Shown here: piece after piece, positions 30,755 through 41,111 of the stretch
Layout of the letters: each line of letters starts with the position of its first letter
Position numbering within the stretch: position 1 is the stretch's first letter
Translations under genes and position numbers: made by a program
Notes under the pieces: model-generated
The model's database searches: none
What the model was told of the DNA's origin: nothing
The model's input: only the letters and a program-made list of their open reading frames with translations
From: Nitrospirales bacterium
Lineage (GTDB): Bacteria; Nitrospirota; Nitrospiria; Nitrospirales; UBA8639
Direction: 5' to 3'
DNA: 64,000 nucleotides
Assembly (NCBI GenBank): GCA_965223295.1
Contig: CBDCWC010000003.1
Location: 160,001 to 224,000, forward strand

Positions 30755-31960
30755 TCACAACTCCGGCACCAGCGGCCAATGCAGCCGTTGAAGAATTCGA
30801 TTCCAAAAACTTTGGTAGGTTTCCTTTCCTTGTAACATGGCACAATATCGCTGAAGCACACGATGATAAGCACCGGGAAAACGTTGACCGGCCCAACGAT
30901 GCATCGATTGTGGCAGACCATACACAATCTTTCCCAATCGATCAGCCACACGAAATTCCGGCCCCAGTTCATCCTCCACAGCAACTTCATATTCGCTCAA
31001 CTGATGTGCAGCTGGATTGCGCCTCACCTGTGCTACCGTTTTCGCAGCCAATTGTCCTGACCAAACGGCATAATAAATACCCTCACCTAACAATGGATCA
31101 ACTAAATGCCCCGCATCCCCGACCAGCATGGCGCAACCATTGACGAGTTGACCGGACCAACCCGTGCCCTTTCGTAAAAGATGCGAAGTGGCAAGAGGAA
31201 GCGGATGTCCTAAGGGAGTGGAAATCTTCAAACCGGCTAAAGTCTGTTGTCGTTGAGTAAAATATTGAAAACTCTGTTTTGGGCGTTGAGTCCCCTTCAC
31301 AAATTCACCAAGACCCACTGAAAATCCATCTCGTTTTGGGAATATCCACCCGTAGCCTTTCTTGGCCGCTTGCAAACTAATCACAGCGACTGGCGGCTCT
31401 TGAGACGCATGCAGACTCGCTCCTTGCACTTCGCTTTCTAAAGCAGGAATAGTCCGCTGAGCTCGTCTCCCAAAACATTGTTGCGCAACGGTACTCATGA
31501 CACCATCAGCCCCAATGACCACACGGCCTCGATAACACCCCAACTCCGTACTTACTTCAACACCATCGCTCCCATTGACAATCTTTCCTACTGATTCTGC
31601 TTCATGAATTTCTGTGCCTGCTTGACGAGCTTTTTCGAGCAACCAATGATCAAAACGCGAGCGCATGACCATATAAGCAATGGGCTTCGATGATTCGATC
31701 AGAAAGGGTTCTGGAGTGCCACAGGCAAATTGCACGCGATAGACTGTTTTTTCTACAACGCTATGAAAATCTGCAGGAAGAACTCTCGCAATCCTGGCTG
31801 AAAGCCCACCTCCGCAGACTTTGTAACGGGGGTGCATCTGTTTATCAAACGCCAGCACAGAAAACCCCCGTTGACTCAACTCCAACGCAGCCGAAGCCCC
31901 GGCAGGCCCCATACCCACAACAATGACATCATACCGCTTGGGAAAAACTGCCACAGTCAT
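30755..31960 (-). CDS. Geranylgeranyl reductase-family FAD oxidoreductase
   Basis: VVGMGPAG, PRYKVCGGG, GADG, YGWIFP, VGDAGHLVDPLLGEGIYYA. Confidence 0.9.
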   Translation of the reverse strand: MTVAVFPKRYDVIVVGMGPAGASAALELSQRGFSVLAFDKQMHPRYKVCGGGLSARIARVLPADFHSVVEKTVYRVQFACGTPEPFLIESSKPIAYMVMRSRFDHWLLEKARQAGTEIHEAESVGKIVNGSDGVEVSTELGCYRGRVVIGADGVMSTVAQQCFGRRAQRTIPALESEVQGASLHASQEPPVAVISLQAAKKGYGWIFPKRDGFSVGLGEFVKGTQRPKQSFQYFTQRQQTLAGLKISTPLGHPLPLATSHLLRKGTGWSGQLVNGCAMLVGDAGHLVDPLLGEGIYYAVWSGQLAAKTVAQVRRNPAAHQLSEYEVAVEDELGPEFRVADRLGKIVYGLPQSMHRWAGQRFPGAYHRVLQRYCAMLQGKETYQSFWNRILQRLHWPLVPEL

Positions 31961-32213
31961 TAAAGACCCCTATGCTCTGTCATGTATCTCACTTATGAGA
32001 ATTTCCCATTCAATTCCTAGTGTTTCATGGCCCATGTCAGCAAAGCCTTTTGAGAAAATCTCGCAACCTGGCTGCAACATTTACTATTCTGTATTATAAT
32101 TGACCGGCAAGAACAAACAAGGTCCCACTTGGTTACTTGTCAGAAGACCGCTTGCTCCATGGCTCCTTACCCTTCTCCCTAGAGATCATCCTCTCGTCTT
32201 GGAGGCGTTGTCC

Positions 32214-32834
32214 ATGCCACTCCTGCCTGATACTCCACATGTTACATCAGCCCCAGACACAGATTCACTAAATTCCGACAGAGAGGATCAGGAATCGAAA
32301 TATCGTGCACTCCTTCACCAGATGGCCTTGGGAAAAGAAGCCGCACTCACCGAGTTTTATCACACCTTCGAAGCAAAAATTTATGCATTTGTGAAAATTC
32401 GTTTAAACGATTCACATGATGCAGCCGACTTACTCAATGACATCATGTGGGAAATTTGGCGGGGAGCCGGTAAATTTGAAGGTCGTTCTTCTGTCACCAC
32501 TTGGGTGTTTGGAATTGCCCGTCACAAAGTGATTGATCGTATTCGCAATCGCGGAAAACACCCTGTGGAACCCTTGGAAGTGACCACTGAAAAAGAATCA
32601 GACTATGATTTGGAGGGCATCATTGTACAAAAGGAAATGGGAGAACATCTTCAGCATTGTCTCCAGAAGCTCTCGCCGGACCATCATCAGACAGTCCATC
32701 TGGCATTTTTTGAAGATTTGTCATATCGAGAAATTGGAGAAATTGTGGGCAGCCCGGAAGGTACCATCAAAGCGCGCATGTTTCATGCCAAGCAGGCACT
32801 CAAACGCTGTTTAGCTAGACGCATTCGTGAGTAA
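32214..32834 (+). CDS. ECF sigma factor (paralog 1)
   Basis: Region 2 (DAADLLNDIMWEIW..FEGRSSVTTWVFGIARHK) and region 4 (LSYREIGEIVGSPEGTIKARMFHAK); GGAGG RBS before ATG 32214. Confidence 0.93.
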   Translation: MPLLPDTPHVTSAPDTDSLNSDREDQESKYRALLHQMALGKEAALTEFYHTFEAKIYAFVKIRLNDSHDAADLLNDIMWEIWRGAGKFEGRSSVTTWVFGIARHKVIDRIRNRGKHPVEPLEVTTEKESDYDLEGIIVQKEMGEHLQHCLQKLSPDHHQTVHLAFFEDLSYREIGEIVGSPEGTIKARMFHAKQALKRCLARRIRE

Positions 32835-32846
32835 CGAGAGGACTGT

Positions 32847-33461
32847 ATGAGTAAAACTTCAACAGACAAACAAGAGCACCCGGATAAATTGCTACCATGG
32901 TTTGTCAACGAAACACTCTCAAGTAACGAACGAGATGATGTCGCGCAACATGTTCAAGCTTGCTCCCGATGTCAACAGGAAATTGCTCTGCTCCAACGAA
33001 TAAGGACACATATCAAAGAAACGCACACTCAATCTCCGGGAGAATTTGGCCTTAAGCGGCTCCTGTCCGAAATTCGAAAGGAACAGGCTGTCACCAAAGT
33101 AGAACGACTAAGACCTTCTGGATGGTGGCAAAAAGGATTTGCCATTGCGGCTTCGTTGATCATTTTTATCCAAGCTGGATTTCTCTTGGATGCCTGGTAT
33201 TTGTCCAAACCGATGGTTCCGCTAGCTGGTCCACAAACACATGAACAAGTCCTGCAGATCTCTTTTCAACCAACTGCGACAGAAGCACAAATACGAGAAG
33301 CGATGAGTCATATTCATGGAACATTTATCGATGGGCCAAGTTCTTTAGGCCTTTATCGAGTTCGTCTCAATACGGCAGCCTCTCCTGAAACACCCATCCG
33401 ACAAACCATTGAACAACTTCGCCAACAGACGACAATCATCCAACATGTTGCAGAAGACTAA
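32847..33461 (+). CDS. Zinc-binding (zf-HC2) anti-sigma factor, single TM
   Basis: LLPWFVNETL..HVQACSRC (HxxxCxxC), TM helix, periplasmic domain. Confidence 0.88.
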   Translation: MSKTSTDKQEHPDKLLPWFVNETLSSNERDDVAQHVQACSRCQQEIALLQRIRTHIKETHTQSPGEFGLKRLLSEIRKEQAVTKVERLRPSGWWQKGFAIAASLIIFIQAGFLLDAWYLSKPMVPLAGPQTHEQVLQISFQPTATEAQIREAMSHIHGTFIDGPSSLGLYRVRLNTAASPETPIRQTIEQLRQQTTIIQHVAED

Positions 33462-33477
33462 AGATGGAGGCAATGAT

Positions 33478-34854
33478 ATGCTGAGCCAATTTTTTCAACT
33501 TGCCGTAACATTGTCACTCATTCTTAGCTCAATCTCTGTAATCTCCTGTACCACCTCCACACCTCAGAGTCAATCGATTCAATCTCCCTCCGAACAACAG
33601 AAGCAGCTTGTCGGATCACGAATCAACAATCAAGACACCGCCCGTGCATTTGATCGTCTCCGAACCAGAGGCCTTCGAGATCACGAGGATATTGATCTGA
33701 ATAGGCTCGAGCCTGGGGAAGTGTGTGTGATAAATGTGAATGAAGCCGACGCCAGAAAATTAGATGAATTCGCACAAGCCAGAGGTTACACCAAGAAAAA
33801 ACGCCGGATACTCAACAACCTCGGGTTCGTGATGAGTATTTTCCACGCACCGCCCGGACAAAGTCTCCAGGAAGCAATCCTGGCGATCCAAGAAGCTTTT
33901 CCGTCACAAATCATCGACGCAAACCATCACTATTACCTACAGGAGCAGACCCTGCCGATCAATCCTCTTCTCTACGGACACCGACTAGTAGGGTGGACTG
34001 ATCACGCCATTGGTTGTGTCATCCATGAGATATCAATCGGAATGATTGACACCGCAGTGAATATGAGACGTCTCCCGGCAAAACAACGCACAATTCACAC
34101 CAAATCATTTATCCCTCCCAATGCATCAAAGCCTCAGGATTATCATGGAACAGCGGTGGCCACACTTCTCGTTGGGCAAGCTCACACAACAAACCATGCC
34201 TTACTTCCCCAAGCTTCGTTGTTCGTGGCAGAGGCATTTCGGCAAAAAGAAGCCGGCAAGGTCGAAGCAACTACTTGGAGTATCGTACGAGCGTTGGACT
34301 GGCTCGTAGAACAACATGTACAAGTCATTAATCTTAGTTTAGGGGGTCCACCGAATGCCTTGCTTTCCTATGCCATCACCACGACCCTAAACCAGAGCAT
34401 ACCAATTGTTGCTGCTGGAGGAAATGCAGGCCCTGACGGACATCCCATCTATCCAGCCGCACAACCTGGCGTCATTGCCGTAACAGCATTAGACGCAAAA
34501 CTTCATCCGTATCGTTACGCCAACAGAGGGTCTTACATTTCGTTTTCTGCTCCAGGCGTCGACATATGGATCCCTCAAGAAGGTGGGACCGGGGCCTTTC
34601 AATCTGGAACATCATTTGCGACTCCATTTGTCACAACGGCAACCGCTGCAGTCAAACAATTAAACCCGCATTGGACTCCAGATCAAATTGTATACCAACT
34701 AGCTCGTACGGCTGTGGACTTGGGAACCACAGGCAAGGATGAAACCTTTGGTTGGGGACTCATCCAAATTCCACACACTTGTCCAAATACCTCGTCATCT
34801 CTTCACACTCAATCCTCTAGCATGAATCCTGATTCAAAAAGAGTGAAGCATTGA
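33478..34854 (+). CDS. Subtilisin-like S8 protease, probable lipoprotein
   Basis: IGMIDT, HGTAVA, AAGGN, SGTSFATP; lipobox-like VISC; GGAGG RBS. Confidence 0.9.
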   Translation: MLSQFFQLAVTLSLILSSISVISCTTSTPQSQSIQSPSEQQKQLVGSRINNQDTARAFDRLRTRGLRDHEDIDLNRLEPGEVCVINVNEADARKLDEFAQARGYTKKKRRILNNLGFVMSIFHAPPGQSLQEAILAIQEAFPSQIIDANHHYYLQEQTLPINPLLYGHRLVGWTDHAIGCVIHEISIGMIDTAVNMRRLPAKQRTIHTKSFIPPNASKPQDYHGTAVATLLVGQAHTTNHALLPQASLFVAEAFRQKEAGKVEATTWSIVRALDWLVEQHVQVINLSLGGPPNALLSYAITTTLNQSIPIVAAGGNAGPDGHPIYPAAQPGVIAVTALDAKLHPYRYANRGSYISFSAPGVDIWIPQEGGTGAFQSGTSFATPFVTTATAAVKQLNPHWTPDQIVYQLARTAVDLGTTGKDETFGWGLIQIPHTCPNTSSSLHTQSSSMNPDSKRVKH

Positions 34855-35144
34855 TAGCAAAAAATCACTAACTTTTCGAACGATACTGCCCTTAGTTCCC
34901 CTTCCCCAGAGACTCCAAAAGCGTGAAGTGACCTAGCGAAAATAGATTGATTCCAACAGAAGTGCTCACTTTTAGAATAGATCCGTGCCCATCCTTCAAT
35001 TTTGCTCAAAATAATTACAACCATTTTCCTTCACACTACCACTTACCCTACAACACCCTTTGACAGAGTAGTCATTGAACAGGTTTCGACAGCACCCCAA
35101 TATTTTGGTCTGCATTCATTATCAAAGGGGCGAGTGAGGAGGCC

Positions 35145-35741
35145 ATGATGCCAAAATTTATTATATATCTATATCTCTTGCTATCTTTCGGACTCACTAG
35201 TTCAATCTCACCGATCCATGCCGAGGTTCGTCTCATTCACAACACCCTCACAGTTGATAGCCACAATAAGACCTTGAAGGATGTTCTGGATGACCTACGA
35301 CAACAAGGAAATTTCAACATTGTCGCCTTTGAAGAAACAATAATCGGCAATGTGAGAATATCCAAACAATTCTGGAACCTCCCACTTGAAAAAGGTTTAG
35401 ATCGACTTCTCAGTGGCTGGAATTACGGAATCAACCGTGATGGATCAACAGGCAAAATTACCGTACTGTATCTTGTTTCTCAGCGGAAAGGCCCAGCACC
35501 TTTCTCTCGTGTTCTATCGGCCTCCATAGCACAACCATCAAGTTACAATGCCTATGAGGCACAAACTTGGCCAACGGGTTTGAGCGAAACCCATAACGCG
35601 CAATCCACCGATTCTGACGATGAAGAAGAGGACAAAGAGTTTACAAGCGAATTAGATTCCCTCAGCGAGCATGAGCTCAAAAATCTCCCACCTGACCTCC
35701 GTAAACAAGCTATAAATTTGTACCGAAATGACCACTCTTAG
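35145..35741 (+). CDS. Secreted protein with STN/secretin-N-like domain and acidic tail
   Basis: Signal peptide; LTVDSHNKTLKDVLDDL..ISKQFWNLPLEKGLDRLLSGWNY pattern. Confidence 0.6.
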   Translation: MMPKFIIYLYLLLSFGLTSSISPIHAEVRLIHNTLTVDSHNKTLKDVLDDLRQQGNFNIVAFEETIIGNVRISKQFWNLPLEKGLDRLLSGWNYGINRDGSTGKITVLYLVSQRKGPAPFSRVLSASIAQPSSYNAYEAQTWPTGLSETHNAQSTDSDDEEEDKEFTSELDSLSEHELKNLPPDLRKQAINLYRNDHS

Positions 35742-35913
35742 AATGGCCTCTATTCTTTTATCGTGTCTATTAGAGAACTCTTTACTCAAAATGAATAGGA
35801 TCAAATCATATCATGCAAGCTTTTTATGATAATGATACAACCAAAATGCTCATGTTGACGACTTACCTCATGACACGTTCAAAAATAATCGACTTATTTA
35901 AAGGAATAACACA

Positions 35914-36612
35914 ATGAACATCACCTCGATCTTACACCAAATAATAAATGGGAATTATCTATGTAGAAGACAAACAATGAAGAATGAAGAACCATGGACT
36001 TCGACACAGGAGCGTTGGGAAAAGGAGGAACGATGCCAAGAGCTTGACGTGCACTTTAATTGTGTAGCCTCAAGCAAGCAGCCAGTGCTGCTATGGAAGT
36101 ACGAAGACACAGATACCTCGGAAGTTGCCAAGTTGTTGCACAAAAGGAGTCCCTTTTGCAAGCATCACCTTGTGACCGTATCTTGTCGAACCGACCCTTT
36201 CAAGACTTGGGGAATGGCTCTGTCTCAGCTTATCGTGCCACATCAACCCAGAACGGACGAACAACCTGCAGACCCAATTACCATGGTTCCTGGTGGAACG
36301 TTGTTTATCAATGATCTAGAGTTCTTGCCTTTTGAACTACAACGCCTGCTCTATGCGTTATTGGATCAAGATGGAGTCATTCGATTTATGGGTAAGAATG
36401 CCCACGGCGTTGAAATCAGAGTCATAGCCTCCACGACTACAGATATTTGGAAAAAATGCCAAGAAGGATTCTTTCACGCCAGTCTCTTGTATCAACTCAA
36501 TCGTTTAAACGTCCATGACCTCTCCTGTCCTATGCATTCACTACTCTCGTTCAAAAAAAGTGATCGCCTGTCTCCAGACGATATGCCCCCTCTCAAGCGC
36601 ATAATTCATTGA
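35914..36612 (+). CDS. Degenerate stand-alone sigma54-interaction (AAA+) domain protein 1
   Basis: GGTLFINDLEFLPFELQRLL, EIRVIAST, GFFHASLLYQLN retained; Walker A and GAFTGA absent. Confidence 0.75.
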   Translation: MNITSILHQIINGNYLCRRQTMKNEEPWTSTQERWEKEERCQELDVHFNCVASSKQPVLLWKYEDTDTSEVAKLLHKRSPFCKHHLVTVSCRTDPFKTWGMALSQLIVPHQPRTDEQPADPITMVPGGTLFINDLEFLPFELQRLLYALLDQDGVIRFMGKNAHGVEIRVIASTTTDIWKKCQEGFFHASLLYQLNRLNVHDLSCPMHSLLSFKKSDRLSPDDMPPLKRIIH

Positions 36613-37295
36613 AAGATTCAAAAGCAGACCACTTCTCGGAAAGAGAAGCAACGTTCGCTTAGAAAAACAGTATTCCCCAAATAGGTGATCGATCTAGGGA
36701 CTTCCACGACCCCTATCGATCATTCATTTTTTCTCAAGCATGCATCGCTATCAAAGAAATCACGGCCGCATCGATGCTATACTTTTTTTATAGAACTCTC
36801 GAAGTTACACATCTACAAGGGCCTAGCGAGCCATCTCTAGCGACTCAAGATGAAAGACATTAAACACCATATTGCGAGAGCACCGGCTCACACGATTCAC
36901 TCTTGGGTATCAGAGCAACCTCTCAGAATCAGACGGCAACAGACATTTAACAAATACTTGAATCATCATCTTACCTTATACTAGCCTAATGTTCCGGAAG
37001 CCGTGATAATGCACACAAAAATAGAACCTGTTCAACATGATCATATTTTTTTGATTACGAATAGAGACCTGAACGAGAGATAAAATTCCTGAACCACAGG
37101 ATTATGATACGTATGATGAATCTACGGAAAAGCGAATTCCCGACCGTTTGGCATTTTGGGAAGCAAAAGTTGGTTTACGGACCGTGATGAAGCCGCGAAC
37201 CATAGAATGTCGCTTTTCATGAAGGAAGGTTGCTCTAAAAGATTTCTATCCGTTATAAAAAAAATATCAGTACAGATTCACTGAGATAACTTCAA

Positions 37296-37337
37296 GAGCT
37301 GTGGGCCTCCAAGTCACAACTTGGAGGCCCACAGCTC
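37296..37337. terminator. 19-bp-stem hairpin, probable terminator
   Basis: gagctgtgggcctccaagt-caca-acttggaggcccacagctc, just downstream of the gene ending at 37364. Confidence 0.7.
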
Positions 37338-37363
37338 ATGCAGCAATTTCTCACTGGCTCTTG

Positions 37364-39970
37364 TTACGGCGTACCCATAAAGAACTGATCAGTTTCTGAT
37401 TCAAAGGGTTCTGTCTCATCATCGATAGAATTCAAGAGGATGATCAGATCTTTCCTTTGCTGCTCACTGAGTGCGCCCTGAATAGTAGAATTTCCTAACT
37501 GGTGCACCGCAAACACTTCCTCAAAGTTTTGCGCACTCCCATCATGTAGGTACGGGGCACCAAAACGGATACCGAGTAACGAGGGCACATTAAAGGCGCC
37601 TTGTGCAGTTAAGGATGCGAATCCTTGTGTGGACTGCCCTGCAATGGCGCCTGCCCCGCGAATTTCAATCGGGCTGTTTGGGTCAAACGTGCCGACGTTC
37701 TCGACGAATCGGAGCGTGCGGTTGCCATCCGCAACAGCAACAATCTGGGGTCCAGCTACCATCAGAGCTGGATCTATTGGTGGAACACCATCAAAGAAAT
37801 TTATCCCTAATGGGTCCACATTGAAGGTGGGGTTATTCTGATACAAAGGACTGGTTCGGCTCTTTGTCCACTTACTCCCACCATGGCAGGACGCACAATT
37901 CGTGGCAAAGACGGTTCGCCCTGTATCAACATCCGCTGGATTCGGCATATTGGGAGACCGGATTGTGGCGATCCACTCGTGCATGGCGTCCAGCGCATCA
38001 CTAACGCCCACCACAGGCCCATGATTAAAGATTTCTGCCGCTTTGTTCTCGCCATTGACATCTGTGGCATGACCAATTCCACCCTGAACGCCCCGTGAGT
38101 TTTGATCAAAGTCCGTAGACGGCGACCCTCGCACCCCGTTCCAGTTCATGATCCGTTGATCAGTCAAATCATTTTTGGTAAATGAACCGGCCAGCTCGAT
38201 GGTTTGTCGCGGACCTGTCGGAAACAGCCAGGTGACCCCATCCATGTGACCATCCTCATGACAGGAAGAACAACTGCTCCAACCATCCTTTGAGGCCTTG
38301 CCCCGAAACTGCAGAGGCTCGATGTTGCGAAGGTCAATATCAAACAGCCCGTCGCCACTGATATCGTGCACATCGGGGATACCCAATGCAGTAAAGAAGA
38401 GCAACTTACCAACTAGGGTCCGATGTTCCGGACTTCCTGCGGGAGGCGGTGTGCTCGAGGGAATATCTCGATTCAACACCTGATTCGATCCTAGATCAAT
38501 TGAAGTCACGGATGTGTTGATCTCGTTGTTGGTATATGCCCGGGTCGCTCCTGAATCAATGACCACGCCACTGGGCATATTTCCAGTCTGCAAACGAATG
38601 ACGTTATCCGGAGCACCAATATCCAGCTTCCCAGAATTATCAAGCTCCGCAGGCAACAGCACGTTACCGCCGCGACTGAGGATAAAGAATTTCTTGCCCT
38701 GGCCATCCGCGTCCATCGCTACGACATCGTTCAGAAAAAGACGGTCCAAGTTTCCTGGCTCCTGAAGCGGTGGCGTTTCGCTGGCTACCTGCGTATTGAG
38801 ATTGAGCGTGAAGTCGTGCTCGCCGCCGTTTTTCTTGTTTTTCTTTCTATCAACTACGGAGACTAAGGCTTGGACATTGTTGTTAAAGATGACCGGAGGT
38901 TCCGGCTGTGCACCAACATTCAGCACATAGAGGTTGTCGCCACGAAGCAGGGCCGCATAGAGGAGGTTCGGATAGACCCCCTGCGGGTCGGAACCAATTG
39001 GCCCATCCGGAGAAGCATCATGGCTATTGGGATCAGGACAGAACACTTCATTGGCCAACAGAGCTGCACCGTCTCCTTGCCTATCTTTTCCACTACTGAA
39101 GAATACGACATCGCCATTATCCTGGAGAATTTGACGAGTCTTGAGACAGAATTGCCGACGGTCCGCCTTAAACCCTGAGTCACCGGGAGGCAAGGTCACT
39201 TGCTTAATCCGGCCCGAAAGGATGGATTGCAAAATCGGCGAGTCTTTTCCAAGCCTGTCCGCCAATCTTGCAGTCGTTAATCCATGAATGACCTTAAAGG
39301 AATCCACGACACCCTGCTTGGCATCGTCAAATCCATCGGGTCTGGCTGGATCGATGAGCTCGCTAAAAAACCGTGTGACATACACGCGTTCATCAATATC
39401 GACTCTGTTGCCATTGTCTGTAATGGCAATGGCCATGGGGTTACCACCTGTCGGCACAGCCCCGATAACCTTCAAGGATTTCATGTCGATAAGAGAGACA
39501 TCACCCGAAGTGTGATTTGCCACAAATGCAAACTGGCCATTTGGCGTCAGAGCAATCCCTCGTGGTTCCTCACCGACCTGAAGCGGGTTTCCATTAAGAG
39601 CCGGAGGGTGAGACATCAAATCAATAACCGAGACAGTGCCATCTCTTCCGTTCGTCACCAAAGCCTTTTTGTCGTCGGGACTAATAGCGACAAATCGGGG
39701 ATCTCGCCCTACTGCAATCTCAGCGATCAAATTCTCCACATCATTCCCATGTTCGTCCCGTACTTCAAGGATCGAGACACTGTCTGCTTGACGATTGACG
39801 ACAACTAAGCGCCGGTCATCAGAAGTCAGTGCGATAGTCGTCGACCGAGTTGGCATTGGCGGAGGCTTTTCAAATTTCCTCTCCATAGAATTCCCTGGAA
39901 TGGGTGTAATGAACTCTAGAGTGAGCCCAAGAACTAAAAGGGTCGAGAATACTCGCGTAAGCTTTCGCAT
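37364..39970 (-). CDS. Secreted YVTN/YncE beta-propeller protein with C-terminal diheme cytochrome c (peroxidase-like) domain
   Basis: VGRDPRFVAISPD, VGEEPRGIALTPNG repeats; CSSCH and CASCH; FNVPSLLG..APYLHDGS; AGGAGG RBS before ATG 39970. Confidence 0.85.
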   Translation of the reverse strand: MRKLTRVFSTLLVLGLTLEFITPIPGNSMERKFEKPPPMPTRSTTIALTSDDRRLVVVNRQADSVSILEVRDEHGNDVENLIAEIAVGRDPRFVAISPDDKKALVTNGRDGTVSVIDLMSHPPALNGNPLQVGEEPRGIALTPNGQFAFVANHTSGDVSLIDMKSLKVIGAVPTGGNPMAIAITDNGNRVDIDERVYVTRFFSELIDPARPDGFDDAKQGVVDSFKVIHGLTTARLADRLGKDSPILQSILSGRIKQVTLPPGDSGFKADRRQFCLKTRQILQDNGDVVFFSSGKDRQGDGAALLANEVFCPDPNSHDASPDGPIGSDPQGVYPNLLYAALLRGDNLYVLNVGAQPEPPVIFNNNVQALVSVVDRKKNKKNGGEHDFTLNLNTQVASETPPLQEPGNLDRLFLNDVVAMDADGQGKKFFILSRGGNVLLPAELDNSGKLDIGAPDNVIRLQTGNMPSGVVIDSGATRAYTNNEINTSVTSIDLGSNQVLNRDIPSSTPPPAGSPEHRTLVGKLLFFTALGIPDVHDISGDGLFDIDLRNIEPLQFRGKASKDGWSSCSSCHEDGHMDGVTWLFPTGPRQTIELAGSFTKNDLTDQRIMNWNGVRGSPSTDFDQNSRGVQGGIGHATDVNGENKAAEIFNHGPVVGVSDALDAMHEWIATIRSPNMPNPADVDTGRTVFATNCASCHGGSKWTKSRTSPLYQNNPTFNVDPLGINFFDGVPPIDPALMVAGPQIVAVADGNRTLRFVENVGTFDPNSPIEIRGAGAIAGQSTQGFASLTAQGAFNVPSLLGIRFGAPYLHDGSAQNFEEVFAVHQLGNSTIQGALSEQQRKDLIILLNSIDDETEPFESETDQFFMGTP

Positions 39971-40332
39971 GATGGCACCTCCTTGATCCATCTTGAAAAT
40001 TTCAGAAATACATGTTCTAGACGAAATGGCAGACAACTCGTGTTTCCTATTGTGCGCCTGCCAGAGAAGACAGAGTATTGTGGTGGAAACTACAAGAAAA
40101 ATACTTCATCATAAAGACCTCCTTATTGTGAAATAATGCTACCCATGCCTTTTGGCATTTAGTTCATACTTAGTGAGTCGTTTGAACAAAAGAATTGGTT
40201 GCATGAAAAAATTGTTTCCATAGGCTCATCGAAGAAAGACGAAACCAAACGAACAACCTTCCTGGTCCATCCACGTCCTTTTTCTGTGAATGAACCTCTT
40301 GTGTAAACAACACACATTCATCCTGACCATCC

Positions 40333-40620
40333 TCAATCAAGCACATTCTTCGAAAAACCTAGGGAATGCGCGATGTTCGTCACGGCGGTGGGGCAGTTCA
40401 GCAAATAGACATTACTGCGCATATGCTCAAAGAGTTTTTCAACCCCCTTTTGCGTGACAATAACAAGATGACAAAATTCTATAATGAACTGCTTGTTCGT
40501 ATGCATAAAAAGAGACTCCAGCCAATTCGACCAATCATCAAGATCGCTCTCAACAATCTCTCCTTCTACCTTGAAAAGAACGGTTTGTTCATTTTCAAAA
40601 ATTTTTTTAATTCGAAACAT
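40333..40620 (-). CDS. STAS-like small protein
   Basis: LFKVEGEIVESD..FIIEFCHLVIVTQKGVEKL..YLLNC pattern; GAGGAGG RBS. Confidence 0.6.
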   Translation of the reverse strand: MFRIKKIFENEQTVLFKVEGEIVESDLDDWSNWLESLFMHTNKQFIIEFCHLVIVTQKGVEKLFEHMRSNVYLLNCPTAVTNIAHSLGFSKNVLD

Positions 40621-40666
40621 GGTCCCTCCTCGACAAACCACACCTTCATTTCAACGCATCACACGT

Positions 40667-40682
40667 TTCAATACACATGCCA
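40667..40682 (-). promoter_or_regulatory. Putative sigma54 promoter (variant -12)
   Basis: Minus strand TGGCATGTGTATTGAA upstream of the STAS-like gene. Confidence 0.5.
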
Positions 40683-40787
40683 ACCAGGTAACCCCCAAAG
40701 TAAAAGAGAAGCTCTGATCGCTCCAATGCAGAACATGAACGATAAGGCAGGAGCCCCCCAATACCACTCCATCAGCCTGTGATTCTA

Positions 40788-40970
40788 GTGAAGGTTGAAT
40801 ATTACAACGCACCAGAGGCAAATTTGCCCATAATGACGCCGGTTACCATGAGCCTCGTGGCTGTTTAAAAAAGTCCGCCTGCGCGAAGCCGCTTTCAGCT
40901 TTCGTAGCCACTGCGGCGAAGTAGGCCGGCAAAGGCAGGGAAGGCCGCTGGTGGTTTTTTCAACAGACCC
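40788..40970 (-). mobile_element. MITE-like element, copy 5 (nested hairpins)
   Basis: aggttgaatattac ... gctggtggttttttcaacagaccc. Confidence 0.75.
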
Positions 40971-41111
40971 TTCTATGAGGACGGCACACTAGCAGTTGGG
41001 AATTGTGTCTGAGCGGACTAAGGCAAATTCCGAATGCTAGTGCCCCCCGGAATCGGACTAAAACTGTTCAAAATATTGAATGAGCCAACCAGTGATGAAC
41101 GGATGAATATT

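Noticed and set aside
36613-37290. ~680-bp gap with no ORF
   Set aside because: No recognisable pseudogene, RNA or repeat signal
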